Positions 39,124-39,919 of a stretch of 39,919 bases of DNA are shown here, in pieces. Within the stretch, counting starts at the first letter, position 1. Each line of letters starts with the position of its first letter. A model generated the notes under the pieces. That model did not search any database and had not been told where the DNA came from. It saw only the letters and a program-made list of their open reading frames with translations. A program made the position numbers and the translations under genes. The stretch is taken from the sequence record MG488277; one strand, 5' to 3'. This stretch comes from Escherichia phage EG1.

Positions 39124-39204
39124 TTTATGCAGTAAGATTGCATAGGGATGCACTATAGACCACGGATGGTCAGTTCTTTAAGTTACTGAAAAGACACGAT
39201 AAAT

Positions 39205-39227
39205 TAATACGACTCACTATAGGGAGA
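39205..39227 (+). promoter_or_regulatory. phiOR: T7-RNAP promoter phiOR
   Basis: taatacgactcactataGGGAGAGGAGGG. Confidence 0.9.
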
Positions 39228-39381
39228 GGAGGGACGAAAGGTTACTATATAGATACTGAATGAATACTTATAGAGTGCATAAAGTATGCATAGTAGTGCA
39301 CCTAAAGTGACCTCTAAGAATGGTGATTATATTGTATTAATATCACCTTAACTTAAAGTCCAACATAAAGGGAGGAGACTC

Positions 39382-39531
39382 ATGTTCCGCTTATTGTTGA
39401 ACCTACTGCGGCATAGAGTCACCTACCGATTTCTTGTGGTACTTTGTGCTGCCCTTGGGTACGCATCGCTTAACGGAGACCTCAGTTCACTGGAGTCTAC
39501 CGTTTGCTCTTTACTCACTTGTAGTGATTAA
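39382..39531 (+). CDS. 19.5: gp19.5-like small protein
   Basis: 49 aa MFRLLLNLLRHRVTYRFLVVLCAALGYASLNGDLSSLESTVCSLLTCSD; SD gggaggag; below ORF-track cutoff. Confidence 0.8.
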   Translation: MFRLLLNLLRHRVTYRFLVVLCAALGYASLNGDLSSLESTVCSLLTCSD

Positions 39532-39769
39532 GGTCTTCCTGACCGACTGACGGCTCACCGAGGGATTCAGCGGTATGATTGCATCACACCACTTCATCCC
39601 TATAGAGTCAAGTCCTAAGGTATACCCATAAAGAGCCTCTAATGGTCTATCCTAAGGTCTATACCTAAAGATAGGCCATCCTACCAGTGTCACCTAAAGA
39701 GTTGCTTAGAGAGGGCCTAAGGAGTCCCTAGAGGGTCCTTTAAAATATACCATAAAAATCTGAGTGACT

Positions 39770-39919
39770 ATCTCACAGTGTAAGCGCCCAAGGTTCCCCC
39801 CATAGGGGTACCCAAAGTCACTCCTTTGGAGTGCCGGACCTTGAGGAGGCCTTGAGGATGGCCCAGAGAGACCTTGAAGAGGGTCCTAATGTTACCGTGG
39901 GAGTGCCTCCTTGTCCCTA
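39770..39919. repeat. Right direct terminal repeat (truncated by window end)
   Basis: Identical to bases 1-150. Confidence 0.9.

Overview
The window is an essentially complete linear genome of a T7-like podovirus (Teseptimavirus type): it begins at the first base of the left direct terminal repeat and ends inside the right copy (1-150 = 39770-39919). All genes are on the + strand in T7 order, read directly from the ORF track and sequence: four sigma70-type early promoters, ocr (0.3), 0.4, 0.5-like, 0.6, 0.7 kinase, T7-type RNA polymerase, 17 T7-consensus promoters, RNase III hairpins, ligase, TE and Tphi terminators, SSB, endonuclease I, amidase, primase-helicase, DNA polymerase, exonuclease, portal, scaffold, capsid 10A/10B, tail, core, fibre, holin, spanins and terminase. 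Gene names and T7 comparisons rest on my recollection of the T7 reference, not on a search. Core proteins (RNAP, gp4, gp10) look nearly identical to T7, but the genome is modularly different. The main points of interest are: (1) two extra early ORFs (94 and 67 aa), each behind its own copy of an RNase III hairpin, inserted between gene 0.4 and the 0.5 homologue; (2) a tandem, diverged duplicate of gene 1.2; (3) T7 genes 2.8, 3.8 and 7.7 appear absent, leaving tight junctions, and the 5.3 slot holds a different small ORF; (4) a ~14-residue insertion in the DNA polymerase next to the O-helix; (5) a tail fibre ~109 aa longer than T7 gp17 with a 20-heptad array and a divergent distal domain; (6) a fourth consensus sigma70 promoter upstream of ocr. 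No tRNA, CRISPR, integrase or minus-strand genes are supported.
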